Below are positions 45,765-59,000 of a DNA stretch of 64,000 nucleotides, piece after piece. The stretch covers positions 49,392,788 to 49,456,787 of the forward strand of contig CM120640.1 in NCBI GenBank assembly GCA_051362555.1, read 5' to 3'. Every line of letters starts with the position of its first letter. Position 1 is the stretch's first letter. The notes under the pieces are model-generated. The model was not told the DNA's origin. It made no database searches and was given only the letters and a program-made list of their open reading frames with translations. The stretch is from Lingula anatina (Eukaryota; Animalia; Brachiopoda). Made by a program: the position numbers and the translations under genes.

Positions 45765-48700
45765 CTACTTTTTTAGTGCTGTATCACACGCAAGTGCCAG
45801 AAGTGCACATTTTATGTATAAGATCACATCCTAACGGAAAGTTCATGCTTAACCGTAGACGTTGGTCTCGCATTACCCTCTACCAGGACCACAGATTGAA
45901 TTTTCACCAGCTATTAACAGATATGTCTCTGGTTAAATAGATGGCTAATCTTTGTACTGTTCACCTCAGCAAAAATGTCCACAGAATAATAACGGCGGCC
46001 CTGGTAGAGGGTAGTCTCACATGTTGTGTTGGGATAAGATTGCATTCTTAAGCTTGAAACTTATCTCCTGAACGAGGGGGCAATAAAGATTTGTTGCTCT
46101 TAACGGCAAAATCCACTCAAATATCACCTTTACGACAGTGATAAAATTCTGACATAATGTTCACTGTAAGTATATGGTGTTAACGCTTAAATATTTCTCA
46201 GTGGAAGTGACGATTTTTTGAACATTCTAAAATGTTTTGTTCTGCAAAAATAATGTGTTAATAGGAAACAGACATGTTTTTGGAGGATGATAACTTGTAT
46301 ATCTTTGGTGAGACAAACCATCCATGTACAATGGAATACAAAAAGATAAGAATCAATACAAATCATAAAAATACAATTTATTTCAATGCGCGCTAGCCGG
46401 AATGTCTATATAATTTATCCATATTTGATGAAAAATTCAGACAATTCCCACATTTAAGGGGGCCACACAAGTCTGATCTCACGGCAATGAATTTTGATTC
46501 ACGACTCGAACTGTAGTAAGGTCAGAGGAAATCGATAAAGAATACATCAAATTTACTAAACTTAGAGTCGCCCTTTGGATGTGTGTTAAATATATCGAAA
46601 TTAAAAAAAGCGGTAAGATTTCTGTCTCGGGCCAAAAATAATAATACTGATCAACCACGAAAGATTAACCTTTGCGCAACCACACTCATCAAGCATCGAG
46701 TGATTTGTGTCTGCTTTATTAATGCCACACGAAAACAATATCTCTTCTCATGCGCTTAGTTTATGCACTATTTGAAATAAACTTGAGATAGAAAGCTGTT
46801 CCGAGCTGTGGGCGTATGAATACGACTGCAAGATCGAACAAAAACGGTATTCGTGGAATACAATGGTGTTTGACCTAACGCATGCTCCACAGCGACCTCA
46901 ACAAAATTGACATTAAGATCAGGTAATGCAAACACATCTAAAGAACCCTGTTGTCCTACGTTTGTATGATCACCAACCGTTACTAAGTACTATGTCAAGT
47001 AGTCGATGGTCATTTTTCTATTACAATTCCATTATTAAATCAAATATGCTTCAGGGAAATTACGTGTACTAAATAAGTCTGAAACTAGCCACACATTCAA
47101 GCTCTTGATTTTCTGCTTAAATATTACGCTGAAAGTGATGACGAGTGTTATTCAACTGAGAGTTTAATTCACCGAGTATATTAGCTTACAAAACAAATAT
47201 TAAAGCGCAACCCGCTCAAGAGAAATGCAGTAGTAATACCCAATAGTCAGTACATGCTTTTGAATATTGAGAAATCAACTTGTGAAAAGGAGTAAATGTA
47301 ATTTTACCTAACTGTATATCTATGGCATACGCAGTAACATTGGTATAAGAAGTAACTCATTTCTTCACCCACACTGAAAAAAATATCTCAAAATTAATAC
47401 AAAATGACAGTGCTAACCCGAAATCAGATTGATGTATATATAAAATGACAGTTCAAACCCGAAAGCCATGACCTTAAAATGTCTTAAAAGCGATCGTATT
47501 TGAAGTAGAATCATTACGTTTCATATAAATGCGATTAACACTTTCAGACAAACATACTTAAACGTGGGTAAATAGGCGTTGACAGCTTGGCTAGGGAGGT
47601 CAATGCAGCGATCAACGCTATTGAATTTCATAAATGAAATCAAGCTGCTTTAACCCTCTATTGCGCGTTCTTTTTCTAACATCCTAGGCCCTCTGTAATG
47701 TAAATCAAGATAATGATTCACCAACCCATTATTTCTTTTATTTCTTGTTAACCAGGAACAGACAATCACTTGCTCACTGTGCCGCAGCGATAACATTGAC
47801 AATGCATTGTACAAATGTCGCATTTGTGCTAGACACTTTCACGAACGATGTCTACAGAAAATTGGTTTCTGTCAGGACGAAGAATCATTGACACAACTTC
47901 ATAAAGCAAAAACCAAAGTGGGATGGAGCTGTCACGAATGTGTGAGTATTTTTTTATCTTTTGGGGCCGGTGTCATGTACCAGAAAGTCCCCCGTGACAG
48001 AGAGTCCGCTTTCTATTATTTTGTACAGGTGAGCCTCGCCCTAGATTTTGACCCACTTGGGCCAAACTAACCCTAACCATTATAACTGGATGGAGGGCGG
48101 ACTTTCTGTCGCACGGACCCTCAGTTTCGTGACACTGGGCATTTGGGTCCATTTTTCTAAAATGTAGTTGGTGTTCCCTTTCTTTTAGCCACGTTCCATA
48201 TTTACGGTCCAAATCTATTTCGTATGGTCTTAATCAGTATTTACCAGTTTGATTAATTTATTTATTTACTTTTAAGGCACTCGTTCAATATCGTTTATGG
48301 ATTCATTTACAAAGTCCGTTCCTAATTTGTTTTTAGTATCTTAACAAAAGATATTCATATTGTTCTATATTTTTCTGTTATATGGGTAAAGTACCAAAGA
48401 CAAACGTAAAGGCAAAAGGCAGTGCGGCCAATGAATAGGAGGCACTGTGGCCTCAATGCCTTGAGAGAAGACTTACAGGAAAATCATTATGTTTCATAGA
48501 TATGGTTCCTGTGTTCTCTACCAGTACACTACAGTGCTTCAATTGTACTTTTCCCACGCATAACTATTAATCGTGCGAAGTACTAAGCACAGGAACTAGA
48601 ACCAAACCGATAGCTATTTTTGTAGGTGCAGACTGGTACAAAAATAGAACCAATCAATCAGTTAGGAAAAATTTTAGAATTTCTGGAGCAGTTCTAACGA

Positions 48701-51347
48701 GGCCATTATTATCCTTTAATTGCCGTTAGAATGTGGTGTTCTAAATGTACTTGCGCATGTAAAATGGAGATGAAGCTAATAAACCCGGAAAACAAGCATG
48801 CCCCAGCTATTGAACAATTTCTGACACAAACATCTGTTTCTAATGTAATTTTTAATTGGGAGATGAATACGTTTGGTTTAAAATCTGAATAGTATTATTT
48901 GTCTGAAGTGTGCTGATGATATATTTTATTATGTTCTCAAAAACGTTGCTAATATGTGCCTTTTACAGGACAATTTAAACAATATACTAACAGAGGAAGA
49001 GCAAGTCGAATTGATAGAAAATTTCGAAAAATGCGATGTGAATATGGGTGAGTCTGATTTTTTAATTGACAAATTTAAATGTTAAATAATTTATCCAAAG
49101 TCTATGGTAGGTCACATATACTGATATAGCCGAGACTGTTTTTCTCCAGTATGAGCTGAGAGCAGACAAAACATGTTTTCTGTTGATATAAGATAAAGTG
49201 ATTGTGAAGAAATGTGTTAGATGTACATCATACTTGCCACACCTATAACACATTCTAAAACAATTGCCTTTTCTCTTAAAATGGCAATCATTAGATTAAA
49301 ATTGAAATAACTATAACTGCATCATATATTGCACAACAATATAGATCTTCATTAATCAGATAACGTATACCCAGAACTCTTAACGTCAACATTCTGTTTA
49401 CCATTTTCCACGTATAACCAAATTTGATAAGTAAAAATGCATGAAAGAGTTAGTTTTAAAAATATAAGTGCATTCCGTATGTTTCCGTTGTTCGCAGATG
49501 CCACCATTTCGGTAGAGGAGTATTTAGACTACAAACAGAAGGAGTACCTGGCGCTGTTCCACACTCCCATGCCCAAAGAAGAAGAAGACCTTGAGAAGAC
49601 GAAGTTTCGACACATGGACACAGACGGCACTGGGACCATCGACTGGTGGGAGTTTCTTAATTATGAGACCATCAGACTGTTGGAGAGAACTAGGACCAAA
49701 GTGAGTGATAATATCACTCTGTCTTGATTTGATGAGAGAAGCTGTCTTATTCTGCCAAGAGAATTCAGTTTAAAACTACATTTTGTTAACTCCTTAGTTA
49801 TCATCGCGCTGCAGTCCGGATGGCCTCCTATTTATCTTCATATCTAGAATTTGGATCATTATCCAGCATGTGGACAGTCTAAAAATTATCACGGTGTATG
49901 TTGTGTGTACATAAACAGAGATTTTGGGCACATAAGCCCACTCCTTTACTTGACAGAATCATCCAAAATTTCAAACCATAGATTTGTGTTCCAAAACCTT
50001 TTTAAAGAAGTATAGCTCATTTTCTGAAAAATACAGTTCAGTATTATGAAAGTCTAAATGACGAAAATATAATATTGCAAATTGAGAAGGTGGTATCGTT
50101 TTGTTGCAGAACGCCCTACTCCGCCTACTTACTCCCAGTGAGATTGACACTGCCAGAGAAGCGTTTAGTCAATTTGACTTAGATGGCGACGGCTTGATAA
50201 CTGAAGTGGAGGCAAAGAAAGCATTCTCCAGGTGGTACAATCATGTGACTCCGAACGCTAACGGGTAACTTCTTCTTCCTAGTCGTACTCGTTGTCTTCA
50301 CTATCATCGTCATCACCGTCATCGATTATATCTCCATTTCCTTCACTAGCTACAGCGAAAACATACAGGTTTCTCTTGGTATCTTTTCACAAGTTGTCAG
50401 TCATGTCGGTCCCTAGGTGCTGACATCTATGTGTAGATTAAGGTTTAAATCCATTGTATGTAATTCAGATCTATGCACTTTCAAAGCAATCGTTATTAAT
50501 TTAGAATATTTCGTGAGGTGCGATGTAGGTAGCTATAGTAACCGCTGGTTTCTTTTTTCTAAGAATTTCCAAATAGGTGAACTTCTAGATAAGTTAGGAG
50601 GTTGTCGCACGGCTGTATTTGATTTTATGTAGGAGAACGTACAGAAGACCAAAGTCACTCAAGGCTGTGTCTATCCCAAGTGAAATCAGATCAAACTTTC
50701 CCGATAATGAAGACTGCTAACCGACGAAAATGAACCGGAGACTTATGATTCACACTTGACGTATATTTGGTTAACAATTTAGATTATCCACTCAAAAAAG
50801 ATCAGTTGCTGCGTATTGCGGAAATATTTGATTGCTTGGGCTTACTGTTCCATGAAAATGGAGTTGGAGTTCTGGAAATTATTTTGGAAATCTATAGCTT
50901 CGTTTACCCTTCTTCAGGTTGCCGAACAAGGCATTCCTCATCAAGAACAGAACAAAACATATCATGGATGCAGACGCCGATAATAGCGGGTGTGTACATC
51001 ATAATTTTTGTAGTCTATAATCTAACTATTCTTTTCATTTTTTATCCTTGTCTGTATGTGAAAAAGAGTAACACCAGAATGCTTCTTATTTAAAGACGTC
51101 TCTCAGGTTGAACATAAAAAAAGATCAAAGCATGTACCGACAAGCAAAAAATGAAATGCTGTCCATGTTTACTTTTCTTCCCAAAATTCCTGGCAAAAGA
51201 CCTTTAAAGTTTATTCATTTCAGGAACGTTTCATGGACGGAATTTTTGAAACAGCGTGCTATTGTGATGCTAGCAGCGAGACCAAACAAGGCTGTGAAAC
51301 ACTTGGGCAACAGCGCCGTCATGGACACAGAAGACGACATGGACTGA
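45254..51347 (+). CDS. PHF24: PHD finger protein 24-like (GINIP/KIAA1045): N-myristoylation motif, PHD finger, EF-hands
   Basis: Exons 45254-45724, 47756-47941, 48969-49047, 49498-49700, 50110-50264, 50918-50989 and 51224-51347 splice in frame. MGSGAS start; PHD CSLC..CRICARHFHERC..GWSCHEC followed by DNLNNILTEEE; C-terminal SWTEFLKQRAIVMLAARPN, resembling vertebrate PHF24 as recalled (GWSCHYCDNINLLLTEEE ... ILAARPN). Confidence 0.88.
45735..45761. repeat. (CT)n microsatellite
   Basis: Seen directly, just after the first PHF24 donor. Confidence 0.85.
45876..46011. mobile_element. 136-bp TA-flanked MITE
   Basis: TA|ccctctaccagg ... cctggtagaggg|TA. A second, diverged copy lies at about 54955-55097. 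Confidence 0.75.
47965..48140. mobile_element. Possible degenerate MITE with a ctaaccctaacc motif
   Basis: gccggtgtcatg..cagaaagtcc pairs imperfectly with ggactttctg..cgtgacactgggc; both flanks contain tttggg. Confidence 0.4.
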
Positions 51348-52837
51348 TAAATTTGATTAAAAAAATAAATCATGTAATATCAGAAGCAGATTTTACTGTC
51401 ATTTATATATCAGTATATCAGTATGCCATAATGCCATATCGAGGATGATGCACCATTGAAATTTTCTAGACATGATTAAAAAACGTTTTGTAAAATGTAT
51501 TAAAAAAACCCCTCAAAACATCTTTATTGCCAAACGCCCTGTGTAGAATCATCAAAAAGAAAATGAGCAGGTTGGTTGACAGCAGGCATCACAAAGCATT
51601 ATAATTATTCAGATAGGTCTTCATGCAGGTTGGATAACGCACTTTCGAACTGAAATAGTTTTTTATTAATATTCCCATAGCTACAATTCAGGCGAAGGAC
51701 TGTCGGGGAATTAAGATATCAACCTTACACCTTCCCACAACCTTGTTTGCAGACTATACCCAGTCTTATCTCTCTACATACTTGAACTGATCTTGTGGAG
51801 GTTTTAAATTAATATACTTTAATTATCTGGAAAGGTTCTGAAATACGTAAGCAAATCGAAAATAGAGAAGCTACGTCATGTTACTTCATTCTGAAAGGCT
51901 TATTTCCACTGGGAATTATCATGGCCTGTTGTCGATATCGTAACTCGACTGGAATCTGAGACATGCCAAATACTTCTCTTAAATTATCCCCAAAAAGGGC
52001 AATCTTATAAGCATAGGACAAGGATTTAGATAAAGACGAACTGAGTTCATCTTCACTGAAATTACATGCGTGGTGATCGAAAACTGCGACAAGTGATATA
52101 GTTGAATGAGTACCAAATAAAGGGCCATCAAATCTGCATTGCGTGTGTGCAGCTATCCAATTAATTGCACACACTGTCAATCAATAAATTCTTGGTAATA
52201 GGAATATAGGCTGACCAAGGAAAAAAACATGTAAACCTCTAGTCAGTGATCAGGGCCTCCTTGGCTTGGGTCATTAATAATGGGAATTAACGGAATTCAC
52301 GTGGTTTTCAATCATTCTACTTTCGACAATCGCCTTAGGGGCGGCGATCGATGATTGGGTTAAAGGACCCATGGACAGAGAGTTTAAAATGAATAATTAC
52401 CCTTTTGATACATTCTTATTCTGGATTTATGGCTCTTCATTACTTCATAGATTCTAGTCATTTATGAGACTGCCAACTGATTGAAAGTATTTTTTCCCCG
52501 TTGGATAGTAAGATTTGATACCCGTGCGTTGGGTTTGTACTTTACTTCCTCTCTCACTGGGGAGATGCAGTGATTGAGCGACCGAGGTTATCCTGTGCGC
52601 ACCGGAGCCGAACGAGAAGCCAAAACAAGTCGCATTGATTTCCTCAGAAGGTCTTTTACCAGAGCAATTTTTTAAAAGTTATTTATCAAACCAAGGATGA
52701 AAGGATAAAATTTTCTGGCGCTATGGTTGTATCATTTCGATTACAACTATCCGTGATTACACAGCTTCATCGCGCACGGGCTTGCTGTTGGAGTTTAATA
52801 ATCCACAAAAATGTTACTATTTCTAAACTAATCAGCT

Positions 52838-53386
52838 ATGGATCTGTGTTATGATGGAACAACGATGCCAGATGAACAGAACTTTACCGCAAATATTTCA
52901 GGAAATGGAACACTCAGTCAACACACACTTACGGAAAAAGAGAAGGGCGCCTTCATATACATAATAGTGGTGCTACTCTTTTACTCTTTTGGTGTAGTTC
53001 TAGGAATCATAAATTACCTTAAAAAAGAGAAACGTGAAATTGAAGAGGAGAAGTTATTTGATGATTATCTCTTGATAAAGAGCGACCCAGAGCGAGCCAT
53101 TCGTTCCCAGCGAGTTCATCGCGTATCCCTGAAATTACAGCGCTATGATAACCGACAAAGTTCTATTAATTCTTTACCACGGGTCAGGACAGAGTTAACA
53201 TTTTCACCTTCGTTCCCAACTTTACAGACAATACAAGAACATGAGTCAGACGGTATGCTGTATCATCTGGAAGATGCCCCAAACACTTTAGATTACTCTC
53301 AAGAAGACATATATATACCGAAAGAATCCCAGTCGCCTAACCATATGACAAATAACCTTAATGCAACGTTAATGCCTTTGACGTAA
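52838..53386 (+). CDS. Intronless 182-aa single-pass membrane protein, KCNE-like (putative K+ channel beta-subunit)
   Basis: Single ORF with Kozak-like gctATGg. No signal peptide, three N-glycosylation sequons (NFT, NIS, NGT), one TM segment AFIYIIVVLLFYSFGVVLGIINYL, then basic KKEKRE. Coding status is likely; the KCNE relationship is inferred from recalled sequences. Confidence 0.7.
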   Translation: MDLCYDGTTMPDEQNFTANISGNGTLSQHTLTEKEKGAFIYIIVVLLFYSFGVVLGIINYLKKEKREIEEEKLFDDYLLIKSDPERAIRSQRVHRVSLKLQRYDNRQSSINSLPRVRTELTFSPSFPTLQTIQEHESDGMLYHLEDAPNTLDYSQEDIYIPKESQSPNHMTNNLNATLMPLT

Positions 53387-54954
53387 ATCTTACATCATAA
53401 TCTGCACTGGATTACTGGACCCTTCAGATATCAGATGATATATAATGCCACGGAGGTTTAAAAGAAAATTAATTTTGCGGCATGCCATCCCAATGCAATA
53501 AGAAATACAAGAAGTAGCGACTTATGGTCGATGGTAGATCTCATCAGCTGAATGAAAATTTGACTGCTGCATGAAGGTATATGAGTGGGAGATATAGGCT
53601 GCTCTAACCGATCCTATGTGCAGAACTCGGATTTTAAGCTTACATTGAAGGGCGTCTAATTTTTTTCTGTCAGAAGACGGCCAAAATGGAGGATGGATCA
53701 ACAAAGATCATTTGGAAGACAGTCAGAAAATATCTCTGGATCCGCCCCTGTTATGAGACTCTGTTAAAATGCACAGAAAAACTTGAAACAGAAAAACCTA
53801 AATATAATAGAGAGAGATGAAATATTAATATAAGTTAATAGGATAAATAACGCCCTCAGCACGTCTGTCCGCTGAACATGTATGTGTCAGTAAGAAACCA
53901 TGCTACCGACTGGACACTTGTGACGGATATTGGCTGTTTGGAGATGTGATGTGTATTATCTAGAGAAAAGTTCAAATGGATTTTTGTCATTTGTCAATAT
54001 CATGAATTGGGCTAATTTGCGATTGTGTGGATCTGTAACTGAAGACAAGACTTTTCGACCTACATATTAATAAGTTTTCTTCTATTGTATATCAGTTGCA
54101 GGTGAAAAAAATTTACATGGTTAACAACATACTTCATATGGATTAAAAGCGATAAGAAAGTCTAAACAATAACGCAAGAAAACATTCTTGTTCATTTCAC
54201 TGTATAAAAATGCAAACTAAAAGAGTGTAAATAGTAAGACGGAGTTTCTTAGCAAATTGTTGAAGGAAATATGTCCACCTCTTTAATTGTAATGTTTCTC
54301 GTCCAAGCTTATTTATTCTGCAGAATAGACTGAAATCATTGTGTTTATTTTTAAAACCTATCATCATTCGACTTTATTTAATTCTATTCATTTACCTATT
54401 CGTTTATCTATCTATTTATTGTCAATGGACTTAATAAACCTAGAAAAATTAGACTGACTGCCTCCTCTCTAGTGCACAGCATCAGTCTGAAAAATAGATG
54501 ACGCTATCATGGAGACTTTTACTCAAATGAATGATGTTACTGAGACGACTTTATTTTCTATCATCAAACAATATCAGCATACATGTACCGAAGTATTGGG
54601 TTATTATTGATCGTTTTATACACTTTGGACACTTTATCTCTGTACTTTTCTTTGATATTTGAAAAAAATCAATTTTAGCAATAGCAACAGAAAGGGCCAA
54701 TGAAAATTTTTCCTTAGAATTCATTGAACCTTGCGGCCTAATAAATGTCAACGGCGCCTTTCATTAAATTGATCTGATGATATTGCTTGTGAAAAGTAAG
54801 TATTACTTAAGCCATATGCTTGTTATAAAGCCTCTCTCACATGGTCTACATATATGTTACGTGAAATAAGAACTGTTTTATGGCAATAACGGGCTTTAAA
54901 ATTGAAGCGTTGGAGATCATTGTCGAGTAGACTTGTGATAATTCGGGAGACATG

Positions 54955-55097
54955 TACCCATTAGTCCCATTGGACCCACGAAGCAACGATGTTTCACTAG
55001 ATATTCATAGATATGTCTCTGGCTTATTCATGACACAATATTCTGTACTGTTGGAGAAAAGTGCACTTGGATATTGCGCGGCCCTGGTAGAGGGTAT
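54955..55097. mobile_element. Diverged copy of the 45876-46011 MITE
   Basis: Shares the right end gcggccctggtagagggta and internal agatatgtctctgg; the left TIR is decayed. Confidence 0.6.
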
Positions 55098-56077
55098 GTG
55101 GGTCTTAGTCTTGTTTGTTTTTAAAAACTACCCTCATTTTGTATTGCCCACAAGTAAATAACCCTGCAATTGAGAGTATAACATTGAGTTCATAAAAAAA
55201 CAACTACAATTTTATGATATGTTCACATGTTCATTTCATTTTTAAGCAAAGCTACGAACAATTACCAATTTTAACTTTTAAAAAAGTTATGATTCAAAAG
55301 TTATTATTAATTTTTTTTTGCGATGCCAAACAACATGTGAAGATAACATTTCCTATCTGATAAAAGTGAGTCAATGTTATGCAAGGCTATCCCTGTAAAG
55401 AAACTCTAGTTCAATTTACAATCAGTATTGTATTGCTTCAGCTTTTACATTTTAGAAGTAATACAATTTGTCGCTATAAATTTAATTGTTTTTTCATGCG
55501 CATATATATATATATATATATTTTTTTTATCCAGTGGATGATGACTGGCATCTGGCATAAATTCAAACAAAAATGTGTTCATGGAGGTAACAATATAGCT
55601 CAGATGTTATAAATTGGTTTGGAAAAAAGAATTGCGGTGAACCTATTGTCTATTGTAAAATTGTTTGAATCAATTATTTCACCTCTTGTGTATTTATAAA
55701 CTCATTTTAAGATACACGTAAATACATATATAATGAAAAAAAGAAAAGAGAACATGAAAACAGCACTAGAGAAACTATTAGCATTTACATATAGTAAATA
55801 TATATTTATCATTGAACGCTCTACTTTTCGCTTGGTTGTTCATTACTACACTCACCTCTAATGAAATATGTAGCTATAGAAATGGCTTGAATGATATCTC
55901 CATGGAAAACGCATTAAATGTAAATGGTACTGCCTTTTAAAACGACATAAATCCTGACTTGGCTCGACAAAAAGAGAGACATAAGCAGTACTGCTTTTAA
56001 ACATACGTGAATCCGGATTTTTCTCGGAGAAAAGAGAATTGCGAACGCCGTGGTTAGGTTGTGTTGGCTGCTCGAAC

Positions 56078-59000
56078 ATGGCTGGGCTACTAAATTTGTG
56101 CAGGGTGACCTCCCGACTTGGGTCTCTTAAGCGCACTTACGTAGTAGCCGCGGCAGTTCCTAAACCGGACAGGAACCCAGAGGTGAAATACGCTGGGGTA
56201 AGAGAATTTTGTATTTGGAAACATGCAGAAAATATCCATGTTGGAAATATACTCCACATGCAGGTTTCCATAAAATCCTGCAACTGAAATATGCAGAGGT
56301 AACACCCCATTCTCTTAGATTAGATCGACCTACATTGGATCGACCTAACTCCCTGGGGGTTCACGCTAAATAGCTGTCAGCCGGGCGGACACGAAAGTTA
56401 ATTACCCCTTAAAGCTTGTAGTAGGCGGGGACGGATACTTAAGGGGGATTATCTGACAGTAATCTAGTGAGACTCCCCGCGGTGATAGATCGATCTAAAA
56501 GTTGTGAGAACAGAGCCTTATGTCTCCAACGATTTAATCATTGGTCACACATGCAAGTACACAACATCATTTTTCTTAACTAGCTTATTTTTATCCCTGC
56601 ACTTGTGGGACAAAAGTTTGGGATCATGTTAATCCGCCCATCCATGCGTTAGTAATTTATTACTTTATTTACTTTATTATTACTATGTACATGTATTTAA
56701 ACTTAAGTATATTATAATTAGTAGTGTAGAGAGCCTATAAATGTACACTCATTTCATGTGCTCAATAAATTATTATTATTAATTTACGTTAGGCAATTGG
56801 AGTTTTTAATGCAACTGGGAGGATTTTGATGCAACTGGTGGTTGGGCTGTCCATAGGGGTGGTTGATTATTCTTTTCATGTTGTAATTATTGTAACTTCT
56901 GCTAACTCCTCCTAGACCATTATAATGAGGAAATTCAGTCCTTTGGTATTGGCAGACCTTTCATCACAGATATACATGGGTCCCTTTGGGTTGGACTGTC
57001 CCTGGGAGGTGGATGATTCTAGTTATTTAACACATTGTAATCTCTGCTATCTCCTCCTAGAGTGAGGAAGTTGAACTTTAAGGAAATGATAAACCTATCA
57101 TCAACGATGTGCACGACCACATTGGAATTTTAGTTTGCCTTTGGCTAGGGCTTTCTTTGGGGTGGATGATTTTAATGTTCTACACTGTAACTGCAGCTAT
57201 CTCCTCCTACTAGGCCTTAAGGGTGAGAAAGTAAATACTTTTTGGGACTGATAGACCTTTTATCAGGGATGTGGATGGACCAGTCATAATTTATGTGCGT
57301 TTGAGGTTTGGGCTGTCCCTTGAGAGGAGAAGGGGTGTGGGTGATCCTTTTCTTACATTAAGCATTTTTTCCAGGGATAATTTTTATGTCATTATTATGA
57401 AGATTATTTACAACAATTTTACATATGGGATCCAGGTATTGACATAGAGGGTGGGGTGAGCTACTCCTTACAATGAGGAGAAGTGCGGGGATATGAGTAT
57501 GCTACCATCGATACCATCTAGTTGATATACAACATTGGTCAAAAAGGTTGTCCCACCTTCAGTACATTTATTCATAAATGATCACAGCACAGGTGAAGAT
57601 TGTTATAAATAGTGATTTTCATTCCAAATACCATAACTAACATGATTAGTCAGACAGAAAACACAAACTAGCAGTGAAGATATCAATATTTAATACCATT
57701 TATTCACATTTATTACATGTACCCCCTCAAATTCGACGTTTCACTGTTATTTTCACAGAGGTAAAGAAATGTCCACTAAATTGAAATGACACCACCAAAT
57801 GTCACCAAATTTACACACATTTACCATTAGGGTGTGCTCGTTAAAGGCTCATTATTTAATAGCGTTTGTGTTTACCGCGTACTTTAATTACCTCCTGTAG
57901 GTGGCGCGGCCTGCCTTCAACAAGGGTAACAATTCTGTTTTATGGGATATTGCCCCATTCTTCCTAAAGAGCTTGGGGGAGTTGGTCCAGATTATTAAGA
58001 GGTTGGTTCTCCTTTGCATTGCACACTTCAAGTCATGCCACAGATGTTTAATAAGGTTAATAACAAGGCTCAGAGGTGGTTGTTCTATCCTCTGAACATT
58101 GGGTTTCTGCAACAAATCACTCTGCAGACGAGAGTTGTGAGCAAGTGCATTTTTACGATGACGCCTGCAGTATCCCTGAAGTCACCTCTTACAAATGGAG
58201 TGAGATATTTGTTGAGAATGTTTCAGTGAATTGCCCCAATAACGTTCTTTTCCGGAAAGAACAATGCACTAAAATCATGGGCTTGGAATTCTTGCCAAAC
58301 GTGGACTGATCTGACACCTCAGTCGATATTATTGTGCTCAAACCTTCCAAAATGCATTCTGCAACATGTCTATGGACCCTAATTTGACCATCGATGGAAT
58401 ACAAGAAATACATTGATTCTTCAGCAAAACCAACTTGTTCCTAGTGATGATTGACCAAGTTCTGGTAGTTCTGGGGTCACTGAACCTAACTTTCTCAACT
58501 GATACCTCATTCCATCTGCAAGAGGGTACTTCGGGGGTGATCCAGGCTTCATCATGACAGCACACTTGAACACAGTTCTCATGTGGTGAGTGATCATGAT
58601 TTGTTGCAGAAACCCAATGTTCTGAGGCTGGAGAAATCATCTTTGAATCATGATAATAAACCTACTGAGCACCCGTGGCATGAATTGAAGTGTGCAATCC
58701 AAAGGAGAACCAAATCACAAATAGTCCGGACCAATTCCGCCAGGCTTTTTAGGAAACATGGGGCAATATCCCACAAAACAGAATTGCTGCCCTTGTTGAA
58801 GGCAGTGGCGCCGTCTACAGGAGATAATTACACATGTGGCCACACATGCTAATAGACACGTGACCTTTAACGAGCATACCCTAATGCTAAATGTGTGTAC
58901 ATTTGGTGACTTTTGGCGGTGTCATTTCAAGTAAATGGGCATTTCTTTACCTCCTTGGAAATGACACTGGAACTTCGGATTTAAGGGGGTACATGTAATA

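Noticed and set aside
48438-48605. tRNA gene or tRNA-derived SINE
   Set aside because: Only a weak A-box-like start (ggaggcactgtggcc); no B-box or cloverleaf could be built.
51881-52180. 99-aa minus-strand ORF as a terminal exon of an extra gene
   Set aside because: There is a possible acceptor, but no recognisable homology or convincing partner exons; unsupported without RNA data.
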